Shown here: piece by piece, positions 29,709-39,546 of the stretch | Numbering within the stretch: position 1 is the first letter of the stretch | How the letters are laid out: each line of letters starts with the position of its first letter | Assembly (NCBI GenBank): GCA_965227295.1 | Contig: OZ245742.1 | Location: 2,048,001-2,112,000 of the forward strand | Reading direction: 5' to 3' | Origin: Leptonemataceae bacterium | GTDB lineage: Bacteria > Spirochaetota > Leptospiria > Leptospirales > Leptonemataceae | Length of the DNA: 64,000 nt | Position numbers and translations under genes: made by a program | The notes under the pieces: generated by a model | Databases searched by the model: none | What the model was told of the DNA's origin: nothing | What the model saw: only the letters and a program-made list of their open reading frames with translations

Positions 29709-30863
29709 TGAAATAGTCAAGATTCCATCTGACACTCCGATATAATTTGTATCGGAGGAAAGAGATGACAGCAGAACAAAAAATCGTAAAGCACCGGGTG
29801 GGCATCTTGAGGCTGGCCCGTACTCTGAATAACGTTGCAGAGGCTTGCCGGGTGATGGGCGTATCACGCGATACGTTCTACCGGTATCAGCGGTTGTACG
29901 AGACCGGAGGCGAAGAGGCCCTGAAGGATCTCACGCGGCGCAAGCCGAACAAGAAGAACCGGATTCCGGCGGATGTGGAAGACGCGGTGATCGAGTTCAC
30001 GTTCGAGAAGCCGGCGCACGGTCAATTGCGCGTGTCGAATGAGCTGCGCAAGCGCGGCGTTTCGATCTCACCGGGCGGCGTGCGTCAGGTCTGGTTGCGG
30101 CACGACATGGAGACGTTCAAGAAGCGTCTGAAGGCCCTGGAAGCCCGCGTCGCGCAAGAGGGGATCATTCTCACCGAGGCACAGGTCGCGGCGCTTGAGA
30201 AAGGCCGCCAGGACAAAGAAGCGCACGGCGAGGTCGAATCGCACCACCCCGGCTATCTGGGCTCGCAGGACACGTATTACGTGGGCAATATCAAGGGCGT
30301 GGGGCGGATCTACCAGCAGACCTTCATCGACACGTACGCTAAGGTCGGCTTTGCAAAACTTTACGATCGCAAGAACGCACTGACGGCGGCCGACTTGCTG
30401 AACGATCGTGTGTTGCCGTTCTACGCGGACTACAACATCCCGCTGCTGCGCGTGCTCACCGATCGCGGCACGGAGTACTGCGGCAAGCCGGAGAATCACG
30501 AGTACGAGTTGTACCTCGCGATGGAGGACATCGATCACACCAAAACCAAAGCGCGGCATCCGCAAACGAACGGCGTCTGCGAACGCTTTCACAAGACGAT
30601 TCAGGAAGAATTCTACGCCGTCGCGTTTCGCAAGAAACTCTACTCAAGCATCGAGGAGCTGCAAGCCGATCTGGATGAATGGATGCTCGAGTATAACCAG
30701 GAACGGACGCACAGCGGCAAGTACTGCTTCGGCAAGACGCCGGCGCAAACGTTCGCTGAATCCATCGCCGTGGCGCGTGAAAAGATGCTGCATAAACAGC
30801 ATCAGGTATCGACCTGATCATATCTGACAGGCAGGAGTGTCAGATCGGGTGTTGGCTAGTACA
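29709..30863 (+). mobile_element. IS481-family insertion sequence, complete
   Basis: 30-bp imperfect terminal inverted repeats (23/30; 29709-29738 and 30834-30863) and 6-bp target duplication CCATGC at 29703-29708 and 30864-30869. Confidence 0.95.
29765..30817 (+). CDS. IS481-family DDE transposase
   Basis: NVAEACRVMGVSRDTFYRY HTH; QDTYYVG, LTDRGTEYCG, PQTNGVCERFHKT; GGAGG RBS. Confidence 0.95.
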   Translation: MTAEQKIVKHRVGILRLARTLNNVAEACRVMGVSRDTFYRYQRLYETGGEEALKDLTRRKPNKKNRIPADVEDAVIEFTFEKPAHGQLRVSNELRKRGVSISPGGVRQVWLRHDMETFKKRLKALEARVAQEGIILTEAQVAALEKGRQDKEAHGEVESHHPGYLGSQDTYYVGNIKGVGRIYQQTFIDTYAKVGFAKLYDRKNALTAADLLNDRVLPFYADYNIPLLRVLTDRGTEYCGKPENHEYELYLAMEDIDHTKTKARHPQTNGVCERFHKTIQEEFYAVAFRKKLYSSIEELQADLDEWMLEYNQERTHSGKYCFGKTPAQTFAESIAVAREKMLHKQHQVST

Positions 30864-30865
30864 CC

Positions 30866-32323
30866 ATGCTCTTTCGGAGCGTGCTGGCGTATCTGTATGA
30901 GCAGGGCGTCTTTCCGAACTCCTATACTGATGCCGATACCGGTGCCACGGTAAACATCGACGAACCCTGGCTCGATGTCCGGGACGGCGCCACGGAGGAC
31001 CCCGCGCTCGTGCTGCGATTGACCGGGACTCTGAGTAACAATGGAGCCGACGCGGAGTTCGAGTACGAGTTTGATCTGGCTCCCTTCGCGCGTTCCATTG
31101 CGAATCAGGCTCCGGTCGCCGCGCTACAGTTGCGTCCCATGCCGGATGCTCCCCCGGATCCATTAAGAGAACGTCTCGAAGCGTCAGTCGGCAATGTTCT
31201 GAGCCAATTCGATATTCCCATCTTTGATCCTTTGATCGGCCTTCTTGAAGCTTCTCATTTTCCCGAGGGCAACCCGCCCTCGAGGGACGAATGGACGGCT
31301 GAGTTTTATCTGGGACGTGTTGGGAATCTGGAACACCGGGATATCCTGTTCCGGGCCGGACGACCGGACATTCCTGAAATACGCCAGACGACGATGCTGC
31401 AGACGGTGCCGGCCCTCATGGCCACGCTCGCTTTACCGGGGGAGAGTGCAATTCTGCCCGGAAGAGCCTCGATCGTACCCCGGGCGACGGGGATTCAGAT
31501 CCTGCTCAGTCGTCCCGCCATGGATGCCCTGCTCCAGGCGCAGGCCGATGCTCGCGTGGGTACCCGGGTACAGGGGGCCACGATCCAACGGAATCGCATG
31601 TTGATGCACGACCTCGGCATCGAGATTCGCGGGCGGGCCAGGCATTCAGAAAAAGCTACGACCATTGATTGGGACGGCGTCTTGCTCATCATGTTTCGTA
31701 AGCGATTCGTTCACCGGATTGACGGGCGCATCGGCTGGCACGACGGCTTCGTATCTGTATTCGCTTCGGGTATTGATGTCGACGTGGATTATGATTGGTG
31801 GGTTGATCTACTTCGCGGTTTGAGCGGTTCTCTTTTGTGGGCCTTCCATCTGATCATGGAAAAGGAGGCCTTCCGGAAGGCCGAAGAGGCGCCCGACGTC
31901 GTGCGTTCCGCTTTCCGGGACCAGGTCAGCGGCTCGTTGCGAGCGATGATGGCGGCCGCGGCCGGCTTGAGTAACCTGGACGCCGCGCCGTTCCTGACCT
32001 TCGGTCACGACGCCTGGGTGCTCGAAGGCCACTATACGATGAGCCTCATCGCTTTCGCCGGATTGACGAAGACGGAAATCGTCGAAGTGCAGCACGACGT
32101 ATTCGACGTCGAAGGCGCCGAAGGACAATCGGTGGGCTTGCTGAAGATCGGCACGGGACACTTGCTGCATCCGGAAGAAGCGGGGCGTTTGATGAAGGCG
32201 GATCTCCTGCGAATCCCCGGGCATCACGGCGTCGAAGCTGAATACGGTTTTTACGTTCGTTCGAATCCCAACGAGACCGGCGACGACAATCTTGTAGACC
32301 CGAACCTGATTCACGAAAAGTAG
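30866..32323 (+). CDS. Hypothetical protein with DUF3892-like C-terminus; original 5' end (29663-29708) separated by the IS481
   Basis: 485-aa ORF; C-terminal YVRSNPNETGDDNL; removing the IS restores an in-frame MNTGAVRIAVGLDA-MLFRSV. Confidence 0.7.
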   Translation: MLFRSVLAYLYEQGVFPNSYTDADTGATVNIDEPWLDVRDGATEDPALVLRLTGTLSNNGADAEFEYEFDLAPFARSIANQAPVAALQLRPMPDAPPDPLRERLEASVGNVLSQFDIPIFDPLIGLLEASHFPEGNPPSRDEWTAEFYLGRVGNLEHRDILFRAGRPDIPEIRQTTMLQTVPALMATLALPGESAILPGRASIVPRATGIQILLSRPAMDALLQAQADARVGTRVQGATIQRNRMLMHDLGIEIRGRARHSEKATTIDWDGVLLIMFRKRFVHRIDGRIGWHDGFVSVFASGIDVDVDYDWWVDLLRGLSGSLLWAFHLIMEKEAFRKAEEAPDVVRSAFRDQVSGSLRAMMAAAAGLSNLDAAPFLTFGHDAWVLEGHYTMSLIAFAGLTKTEIVEVQHDVFDVEGAEGQSVGLLKIGTGHLLHPEEAGRLMKADLLRIPGHHGVEAEYGFYVRSNPNETGDDNLVDPNLIHEK

Positions 32324-32394
32324 CGCCCAATCGCCACAAAATAGCCCCTGAAAATTGTAGCGCCCTCATCCCGCGCGCACCAATCTGACGCGCG

Positions 32395-33882
32395 ATGAAA
32401 TTCCTTTCGAAATTCTTCTCAATGAAATTATACACGAAGATTCTCCTCGGCATGGCCGCCGGCGTGGTCGTCGGCTGGGTCCTGCATACCACCGGCCTCG
32501 AATCCTGGACACTCTACACCGACTACGTCGGCACGCTGTTCATTCGACTCATTAAAATGGTCGTGGTACCGCTGGTGCTCGCGTCGCTAATTCTCGGCGC
32601 GGCAAACTTAGGCAAGGACGATCCGAAGCGCGTCGGCGGGCTCGGGCTCAAGGCCATCCTGTTCTTCATGACGACGACGGTCTTCGCCGTTACCATCGGC
32701 GTGGTTCTCGCGAACGTCGTGAAGCCGGGCAAGTTCCTGCCGCCGGATACGCGCAACGCCCTCGTCGAGAAGTATCGTGATGACGCGACGACGAAGCTTG
32801 CCGGGGACGATTCCACGCTCTGGAAAGAATTGAATCGCCTGGCCGGCATGATGCGTGAGTCCGAGACTCTCGACGGTGAGGCCGAGAACGAGCTGGAAGA
32901 GTACCAGGAAGAGTTAACAAAAAAAGTCGAAATGGCCGAACGGCCGCCGGGGGCCGGAAAGTCGGAGTTGCAGAAAGTCCTGGATATCATCGTCAAAATG
33001 GCACCGACGAATCCAGTGGAGGCCCTGGCCCGCGGGGACATGCTCGCCATCATTTTCTTTGCGCTCTTTTTCGGGATCTGTCTGGCGTTGGTGATGCGCG
33101 GCGGTGATGAAGACGACCCGGACGACCTGCACGGCAGTGACACTCCGCGCGAGTATGCGCGTTTTCTGTACAACGCCGTGGGCGGCTTGAACGAGGTCGT
33201 CATCAAGATGGTCAACCTGGCCATGGAGGTCGCCCCGTACGGTGTCTTCGCTTTGATGACCGGTGTCGTGGCGACCATGGGCCTGGATATACTCATTCCC
33301 CTGGCCTACTACGGTGTTGTCGTCGTGGCCGGCCTGTTGTTGCATCTTACGATCACGTACATGTCGATCATCATCTTCTACGTGCGCACGAGTCCGCTCA
33401 AGTTCTTGCGCGCCATCAAAGAAGCGGTGGTCCTCGGTTTCTCGACGTCGTCTTCGAGCGCAACGCTGCCGGTATCCATGCGTGTCGCGCGGCAGAACCT
33501 CGGTGTCTCCAACGAGGTGTCGTCGTTCGTGCTGCCCCTCGGCGCCACGATCAACATGGACGGCACGGCGTTGTATCAGGGCGTGGCGGCCATCTTCATC
33601 GCCCAGGTCTACGGCATGGATCTCAGCACTTCGCAGCAATTAACCATGATCCTCACGGCCACGCTCGCGTCGATCGGCGCGGCCGGTGTACCGGGAGCGG
33701 GCATGATCACCCTGGCCGTTGTCCTGGAAACGGCGGACGTCCCGCTCGAAGGCATCGCGTTGATCTTCGGCCTCGATCGTTTGCTCGACATGTTCCGTAC
33801 TTCGGTGAACATTGTCGGTGATTTGACGTGCACCACGGTCATGGCGAAGTCCGAGGGCGAAACGGTGAGCGTGCAAACGTGA
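32395..33882 (+). CDS. Dicarboxylate/amino acid:cation (DAACS, GltP-like) symporter
   Basis: FIRLIKMVVVPLV, FSTSSSSATLP, LPLGATINMDGTALY, SIGAAGVPG, DRLLDMFRTSVN. Confidence 0.95.
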   Translation: MKFLSKFFSMKLYTKILLGMAAGVVVGWVLHTTGLESWTLYTDYVGTLFIRLIKMVVVPLVLASLILGAANLGKDDPKRVGGLGLKAILFFMTTTVFAVTIGVVLANVVKPGKFLPPDTRNALVEKYRDDATTKLAGDDSTLWKELNRLAGMMRESETLDGEAENELEEYQEELTKKVEMAERPPGAGKSELQKVLDIIVKMAPTNPVEALARGDMLAIIFFALFFGICLALVMRGGDEDDPDDLHGSDTPREYARFLYNAVGGLNEVVIKMVNLAMEVAPYGVFALMTGVVATMGLDILIPLAYYGVVVVAGLLLHLTITYMSIIIFYVRTSPLKFLRAIKEAVVLGFSTSSSSATLPVSMRVARQNLGVSNEVSSFVLPLGATINMDGTALYQGVAAIFIAQVYGMDLSTSQQLTMILTATLASIGAAGVPGAGMITLAVVLETADVPLEGIALIFGLDRLLDMFRTSVNIVGDLTCTTVMAKSEGETVSVQT

Positions 33883-33925
33883 AAAAATCGCTCGTTCCAG
33901 GCGCGCGTTTCGTCCATAGTGTAGT

Positions 33926-35143
33926 ATGATGCGCCGATTCGCATTCTGCGGCCTTCTTGCCGCAATGGGAGCCGCGGTCGCCTGCGTTCAGGTGGACACC
34001 GCGGACACGGACATCACCGAACTCCCCGGCGCGCTGATCCTCGCGCTTACCGGCACGAACGGAACAACGGCGGCCACCGGCAGTGACGACAGCGGTGACG
34101 GGGTCACCACGACGACGATCACGCGGACCAAATACGTCTACGTCACGAGCCGCAACGACAACACCCTCGGCATCTTCTCATTCGACAACGATACCGGCGT
34201 CATCACCGCCACCGGGGCGAGCCCGTACGCCCTCGGCGCCACTCAGGGACCCATCGGCATCTGCATGCATCCGACGATGCAGTACGTCTACGTCGCCGTG
34301 CGCGACGCCAACGCCACGCGCGGTTTTTCCATCGATAGTACTTCCGGGAATCTTACCGAACTGGGCGGTAGCCCGTACGCCGGCGGCAGTCAGCCCTGGG
34401 ACTGCGAGGTAACTCCGGACGGCAACTGGTTGTATACGGCGTTCTTCGGCGGCGGCAACAGCACGAATTATTTTTCCATCAGCAGCGGCGTGCCGACGTT
34501 GCTCGGCGCGGTATCCACCGGCGGCAACACCGCGCAGAGCCTCAAGGTTTCCGGCGACGGCCAGTATCTCTTTGCCTCGCATACGAACTCGACGGATATC
34601 AGCGCTCTCAGCATCAATCCGTCGACGGGGGCACTGACGGCGAATGCCGGCAGTCCTTACGCCGGCGGTAGCTTCAACCGGCAAATCGCCCTTTCTCCGA
34701 ATGGAGACTTTGCCTACGTCCCCATTCGCAACGACAACAACATGCGCATCTACAGCATCAGCGGCGGCGTGTTGTCCGAGATCGGAGTGGGCTCACCGCA
34801 AACCCTGAGCGGCCTCGGCATGGGCGCGGCGGTGAGTCCGGACGGCAACTACGTCTACGTCGGTGAGCAGACGTCGAACCTGGTGCGCATCTTCAGCCGC
34901 GATCAGAGCACCGGGCAGTTGAGTCCCATCGGCACCGACATGCCCGTAAGCAATCCGCAGACGCTCTACTTCGAACCGGGCGGCAAGTTTCTGTTCGTAA
35001 TGAGCACCGCTGCGTCCGCAAACGTCATCGTGTTTCAGTACAATTCCGCGGACGGCCAGCTTACCCACGTTACCGGCAGTCCGTTCAGTTTCGGCAACGG
35101 CATCCACCAGGCCGCGTTTGTCTCCGAGACCATTACGCAGTAG
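33926..35143 (+). CDS. Lactonase-family beta-propeller lipoprotein
   Basis: Lipobox AVAC; repeated P(D/N)G.(Y/F)(L/V)Y blades and GSPY motifs. Confidence 0.8.
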   Translation: MMRRFAFCGLLAAMGAAVACVQVDTADTDITELPGALILALTGTNGTTAATGSDDSGDGVTTTTITRTKYVYVTSRNDNTLGIFSFDNDTGVITATGASPYALGATQGPIGICMHPTMQYVYVAVRDANATRGFSIDSTSGNLTELGGSPYAGGSQPWDCEVTPDGNWLYTAFFGGGNSTNYFSISSGVPTLLGAVSTGGNTAQSLKVSGDGQYLFASHTNSTDISALSINPSTGALTANAGSPYAGGSFNRQIALSPNGDFAYVPIRNDNNMRIYSISGGVLSEIGVGSPQTLSGLGMGAAVSPDGNYVYVGEQTSNLVRIFSRDQSTGQLSPIGTDMPVSNPQTLYFEPGGKFLFVMSTAASANVIVFQYNSADGQLTHVTGSPFSFGNGIHQAAFVSETITQ

Positions 35144-35147
35144 GCAA

Positions 35148-38100
35148 TCACTGCCCCCCGAACCGCTGCTCCTGCTCGCGCAATCTATGCGTCGTTTCCA
35201 TGGGCGAACCGGTCCACCGTCCGAAGATGCCGTAGAACGCGGGCACCAGATACAACGTGAGCAGCGTGGCCACGAGGACTCCGGCGAAGATGACCACGCC
35301 GATCGTGAAGCGCGATTCCTTGCCGGCGCCGGTGGCCAGGATCAGCGGCACGGCACCGGCCACCGTGGAGACCGAGGTCATGAGCACCGGCCGTAACCGC
35401 AACTGAGCCGCTTCTAAGAGCGCGGCCGAGAACTCTTTGCCCTGATCGCGCAACTGGTTTGCAAACTCCACAATGAGAATGCCGTTCTTCGCGGCCAGGC
35501 CGATCAACATCGAAACGCCGATCTGCGAATACACGTTGAGCGAACTCTGAAACACCACGAGGCCGAGCAACGCCCCGCCCACGGCGAGCGGTACCGTCGT
35601 GAGAATCACTACCGGATGCACGAAGCTCTCGAACTGTGCCGCTAACACCAGATAAACAATAATTAAGGACATGCCGAACGTGATCAACAGCTCGCCCGAG
35701 GCCTCCTGGTATTCCCGGGACTGCCCCTTGTAATCGATCTTCGGATCCTGGCCCAGTTCTTCGCGGGTAATGCGTTCCATGTACTCCAGGGCCTCGCCGA
35801 GGGTGTAGTCTTCGCTCAGACCGGCCTCGATGGTAATGGCCCGCAAACGATTGAAGCGGTTGCGCTCCGGCGAGTCCGCGAATTCTTTCAATGAGATGAG
35901 GCCGGACAGCGGGACCAGCCGCCCCGTGGTATCGGAGCGCACGTAAATGCCGCCGATCTCGTCGGGGCTGTCCTTCTGCGGATCCATGCCTTCGAGCATC
36001 ACGTCGTACTCTTCGCCGCGATCCAGGAACGTCGTCACCCGGCGAAAGCCGAGCATCGTTTCCAGCGTGCGGCCGATCTCCTGCATGCTCACGCCCAGGT
36101 CCGCGGCGCGGTCGCGGTTCACGCGGACCTCGAGCTGCGGCTTCGTTTCTTTGTAGTCCGAGTCCATGCCCACGAGGCCCGGGTTTTCCCGCGCACGTTC
36201 CAGGATGCGATCCCGCCACCGCGTAAGTTCTTCGTAACTTCCGCCGCCGATGACGAACTGCACCGGTCGTCCCGTACCGCCGCCGAGACCGCTGCGCGAA
36301 ATCGTAAACGTGCGGTAGCCGGGAAACGTGCCGAGTTCTTTGTTCACGGCGTCCATGATCTCCTGAGCACTGCGCGAACGTTCGCCCCAATCTTTTAGTA
36401 CGATGATACCGAAGAACGAGTTCACGCCCGAGGCACTGTTGAAGCCGCGGGGAATGATCATCAACACGCGATTCGCTTCGCCGGTTTTATCGTGGAGCGG
36501 CATGAGCGTGTCCTCGGCGCGTTCCATCATGCGAAAACTTTTTTCGAACGTGGCGCCTTCCGGTCCGCTGCCGATCACGAAAAACGCGCCGCGGTCCTCT
36601 TTCGGGACGTACTCTTTGACGACGACGGCGTAGAGCACTCCGGTGAGCACGACGAAACCCAGCGTTCCGATGACGGCGATGAACGGGCGTTGCACGAAGC
36701 TCGCGAGTGAGTTGCCGTAGCGTTCGGTGAGGCGGTCGAGCAAATCCGTAAGGCGTTTCGCGATGCCGGAGGCCTCGGTGTTTTTTAAGATCTTCGAGCA
36801 CAGCATCGGCGAGAGCGTGAGCGCAATCAAACTCGAAAAACACACGGCGCCGGCCAGGGCCAGGGCGAACTCCGAAAACAGGCGGCCGGTGTTCCCGCGC
36901 ATGAAGGCGATCGGCACAAAGACCGCCACGAGCACCAGGGTCGTGGCAATTACGGCGAAGCCGACTTCCCGGGCTCCGCGGTACGCGGCCAGAAGCGGCG
37001 GCTCGCCGAGTTGTTTCATGCGCCGTTCAATGTTTTCCAGCACGACGATGCTGTCGTCCACAACCAGACCGATCGCTAAGATCAATGCAAGCAAAGTTAG
37101 CAGGTTGACCGAAAAGTCCAGGGCGTACAGCAATGTGAACGAGGCGGTCAAAGAAACCGGCACGGTGATCGCGGGAACCAGGGTCGCGCGCAGATTGCCC
37201 AGAAAGAGATACATCACGATGATGACGAGCAACGCGGTCAAAAAGAGCGTGAAGAAAACCTCGGAGATACTGCGTTCAATAAACACCGAAGAATCGTAGC
37301 TGTCGTAGAGCTGCGTGCCCTCGGGCAACGACTCGCGGACGCGTTCCGCCTCCGCCTTCACGGCCTGGGCCACCTCCAGGGTGTTCGCCTTCGATTGGCG
37401 AATGAAACCCAGACCCACCATGGCCTGGCGATTGCCGCGCAACAGCGAGCGGTAGTCCTCGGCGCCCAGTTCCACCCGGGCCACGTCGCGCAACCGCACC
37501 AGGTAACCGTCGGTACCGCGGCGCACTACCAGGTTTTCGAAATCCCTGGCGTCATTGTACTGCCGCGCGATCCGCACCGTGAACTCGATCTCTTTCGATT
37601 CCACGCGGCCGGCGGGCAACTCCAGGTTCTCCGTTCTTAAGGCATTCTCAACATCAGTTACGGCGATACCCCGGGCCGCCATGGCCTCGCGGTCCAGCCA
37701 GATCCGCATGGCGTACCGCCGGGAGCCGCCGATGCGCACCCGGGCCACGCCGGGCAGCACCGAAAACCGATCCACCAGGTAACGATCGGCGTAGTCCGTA
37801 AGTTCCAGGCGGTTCATGTTTTCGCTGGCCAGGTTCAACCAGAGGATGACGTCGGAGTTCGCGTCGACCTTAAAGACCTCGGGCGGATCGGCTTCGTCGG
37901 GGAGATTGTCCAGTACCCGCGAGACCCGGTCCCGCACGTCGTTGGCGGCCGCGTCGATGTTGCGATCCAGGTTGAACTCGATGGTGATTTCGGAAACGCC
38001 GTCCCGGGAGACACTGGAAATACTGCGCACGCCTTCAATGCCGCTGATGCGTTCTTCGACGACCTCGGTAATGCGCGTCTCCACGACGTTGGCCGCGGCG

Positions 38101-38258
38101 CCCGGGTAGTTCGTTTCCACGGAAACCACCGGCGGATCGATGTCGGGGTACTCCCGCACGGCCAGGCGGCTGTACGAGATGAAACCGAAGACGGCCAGAA
38201 TCAGGCTGATGACGGCGGCAAAAACCGGCCGGCGGATCGAGAAGTCGCTCAATAACAT
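35148..38258 (-). CDS. RND efflux permease (AcrB/AcrD/AcrF family)
   Basis: SIRRPVFA, GLVVDDSIVVLENI, AKNGILIVEFANQ, RLRPVLMT; 1036 aa. Confidence 0.96.
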   Translation of the reverse strand: MLLSDFSIRRPVFAAVISLILAVFGFISYSRLAVREYPDIDPPVVSVETNYPGAAANVVETRITEVVEERISGIEGVRSISSVSRDGVSEITIEFNLDRNIDAAANDVRDRVSRVLDNLPDEADPPEVFKVDANSDVILWLNLASENMNRLELTDYADRYLVDRFSVLPGVARVRIGGSRRYAMRIWLDREAMAARGIAVTDVENALRTENLELPAGRVESKEIEFTVRIARQYNDARDFENLVVRRGTDGYLVRLRDVARVELGAEDYRSLLRGNRQAMVGLGFIRQSKANTLEVAQAVKAEAERVRESLPEGTQLYDSYDSSVFIERSISEVFFTLFLTALLVIIVMYLFLGNLRATLVPAITVPVSLTASFTLLYALDFSVNLLTLLALILAIGLVVDDSIVVLENIERRMKQLGEPPLLAAYRGAREVGFAVIATTLVLVAVFVPIAFMRGNTGRLFSEFALALAGAVCFSSLIALTLSPMLCSKILKNTEASGIAKRLTDLLDRLTERYGNSLASFVQRPFIAVIGTLGFVVLTGVLYAVVVKEYVPKEDRGAFFVIGSGPEGATFEKSFRMMERAEDTLMPLHDKTGEANRVLMIIPRGFNSASGVNSFFGIIVLKDWGERSRSAQEIMDAVNKELGTFPGYRTFTISRSGLGGGTGRPVQFVIGGGSYEELTRWRDRILERARENPGLVGMDSDYKETKPQLEVRVNRDRAADLGVSMQEIGRTLETMLGFRRVTTFLDRGEEYDVMLEGMDPQKDSPDEIGGIYVRSDTTGRLVPLSGLISLKEFADSPERNRFNRLRAITIEAGLSEDYTLGEALEYMERITREELGQDPKIDYKGQSREYQEASGELLITFGMSLIIVYLVLAAQFESFVHPVVILTTVPLAVGGALLGLVVFQSSLNVYSQIGVSMLIGLAAKNGILIVEFANQLRDQGKEFSAALLEAAQLRLRPVLMTSVSTVAGAVPLILATGAGKESRFTIGVVIFAGVLVATLLTLYLVPAFYGIFGRWTGSPMETTHRLREQEQRFGGQ

Positions 38259-38264
38259 GTTAAT

Positions 38265-39374
38265 TTATTCGCCGTCGACGCTGGTGTCGGCGGATTCGTC
38301 GCTGCTGTCGCCTGCGGCGACCTGAAGTTTCGCGCCGTTTCGGACCTTCACCAGGCCTTCCGTAACCACGCGTTCCCCGGCGCTCAGGCCTTCCACAACT
38401 TCCACGAGGCCCGGGCTGCGTCGCCCCGTGCGAATGTCGGTTTCCACGGCACTGCCGTCCGGGCCGACGACGTAGACGAACTTACGATCTTCGCGCATGA
38501 TCACGGCGCCTTCCGGAATCACGAGCGCGCGGCTCTGCTCTTTTACGAGATCCACGCTCAAGAGCATGCCCGGTTTCAAGAGCCCCTGCTTGTTCGAAAG
38601 ATACGCCCGTACGATGACCGCGCGACTCTCGCGATCGATGCGGGAATCCACGGCGCGCACCTGGCCCTGAAACACGCGGTCCGGGTAGGACTCGGTGCGC
38701 GCCACGATCGTTTTGCCGCGCTCCAGGTCCGCGAGGAAGTTCTGCGGCACCGGAAAATCCAGACGCACCACACTCACGTCGTCGAGGGTCGTAATGACTT
38801 CGCCCGGCTGGACGACCATACCCGGGCTCACGTTGCGAATGCCCACGCGACCGGAGAAGGGCGCGCGAATCGTATAGTCACCGAGGCGGGCGCGCAGGCT
38901 GTTAACATTTGCTCGCGCGCGCTTAAGCAGACCTTCTTCTTCGTCGAGCTGTGCGCGGGAGGCGGCTTCGAGTTCAACGAGTTCTTTGATGCGTTCGTAC
39001 TGGCGTTCCTGTTCTTCGAGCGTCGCCTGGGCCTCGGCCATCTGCGAGCGGATCGCGGCATCGTTCAAACGCACGAGGGACTGGCCGCGTCGCACGTAAT
39101 CGCCGTCGTCGAAGTACAACCGCACAATGCGATCCGAAACCGTGGCGCGAATTTCCACGGTCTCCCGGGCTTCGACGGTGCCCAGGGCTTCAATGGTATC
39201 GCGCAGGTTGGAGTACTCGGCCGCGGCGACGGCCACGGGGACGGGGGGTTGCTGTTTTTTCCCCTGGGCGTTCGAGCCACCGGACAGAAAAAAGTTCACC
39301 GCCAGGGCGACGGCGACGACCGCCAGCAAGCCGAGCATGAAGCGGGATGTTAAGATTCGCAGGATGGTTCGCAT
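38265..39374 (-). CDS. RND efflux periplasmic adaptor (MFP)
   Basis: IRAPFSGRVG, LKPGM, GLSAGERVVTEG; directly upstream of the permease. Confidence 0.93.
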   Translation of the reverse strand: MRTILRILTSRFMLGLLAVVAVALAVNFFLSGGSNAQGKKQQPPVPVAVAAAEYSNLRDTIEALGTVEARETVEIRATVSDRIVRLYFDDGDYVRRGQSLVRLNDAAIRSQMAEAQATLEEQERQYERIKELVELEAASRAQLDEEEGLLKRARANVNSLRARLGDYTIRAPFSGRVGIRNVSPGMVVQPGEVITTLDDVSVVRLDFPVPQNFLADLERGKTIVARTESYPDRVFQGQVRAVDSRIDRESRAVIVRAYLSNKQGLLKPGMLLSVDLVKEQSRALVIPEGAVIMREDRKFVYVVGPDGSAVETDIRTGRRSPGLVEVVEGLSAGERVVTEGLVKVRNGAKLQVAAGDSSDESADTSVDGE

Positions 39375-39546
39375 AACGGTAATAGTGCCAGAGTTGATTA
39401 CAATATAATGGTCCCGGCCGTAGATAGCGAGAAAAAACCGAACGCGTTGCCGGGATGCGTGGCGCTTGACAGAAGTACCTCCGTCGCCAGTTTGACTGGA
39501 TCCTGGCCGCAAGATCCGGCTCGCCCCGGGGTCTCAGCCTCGTTCC

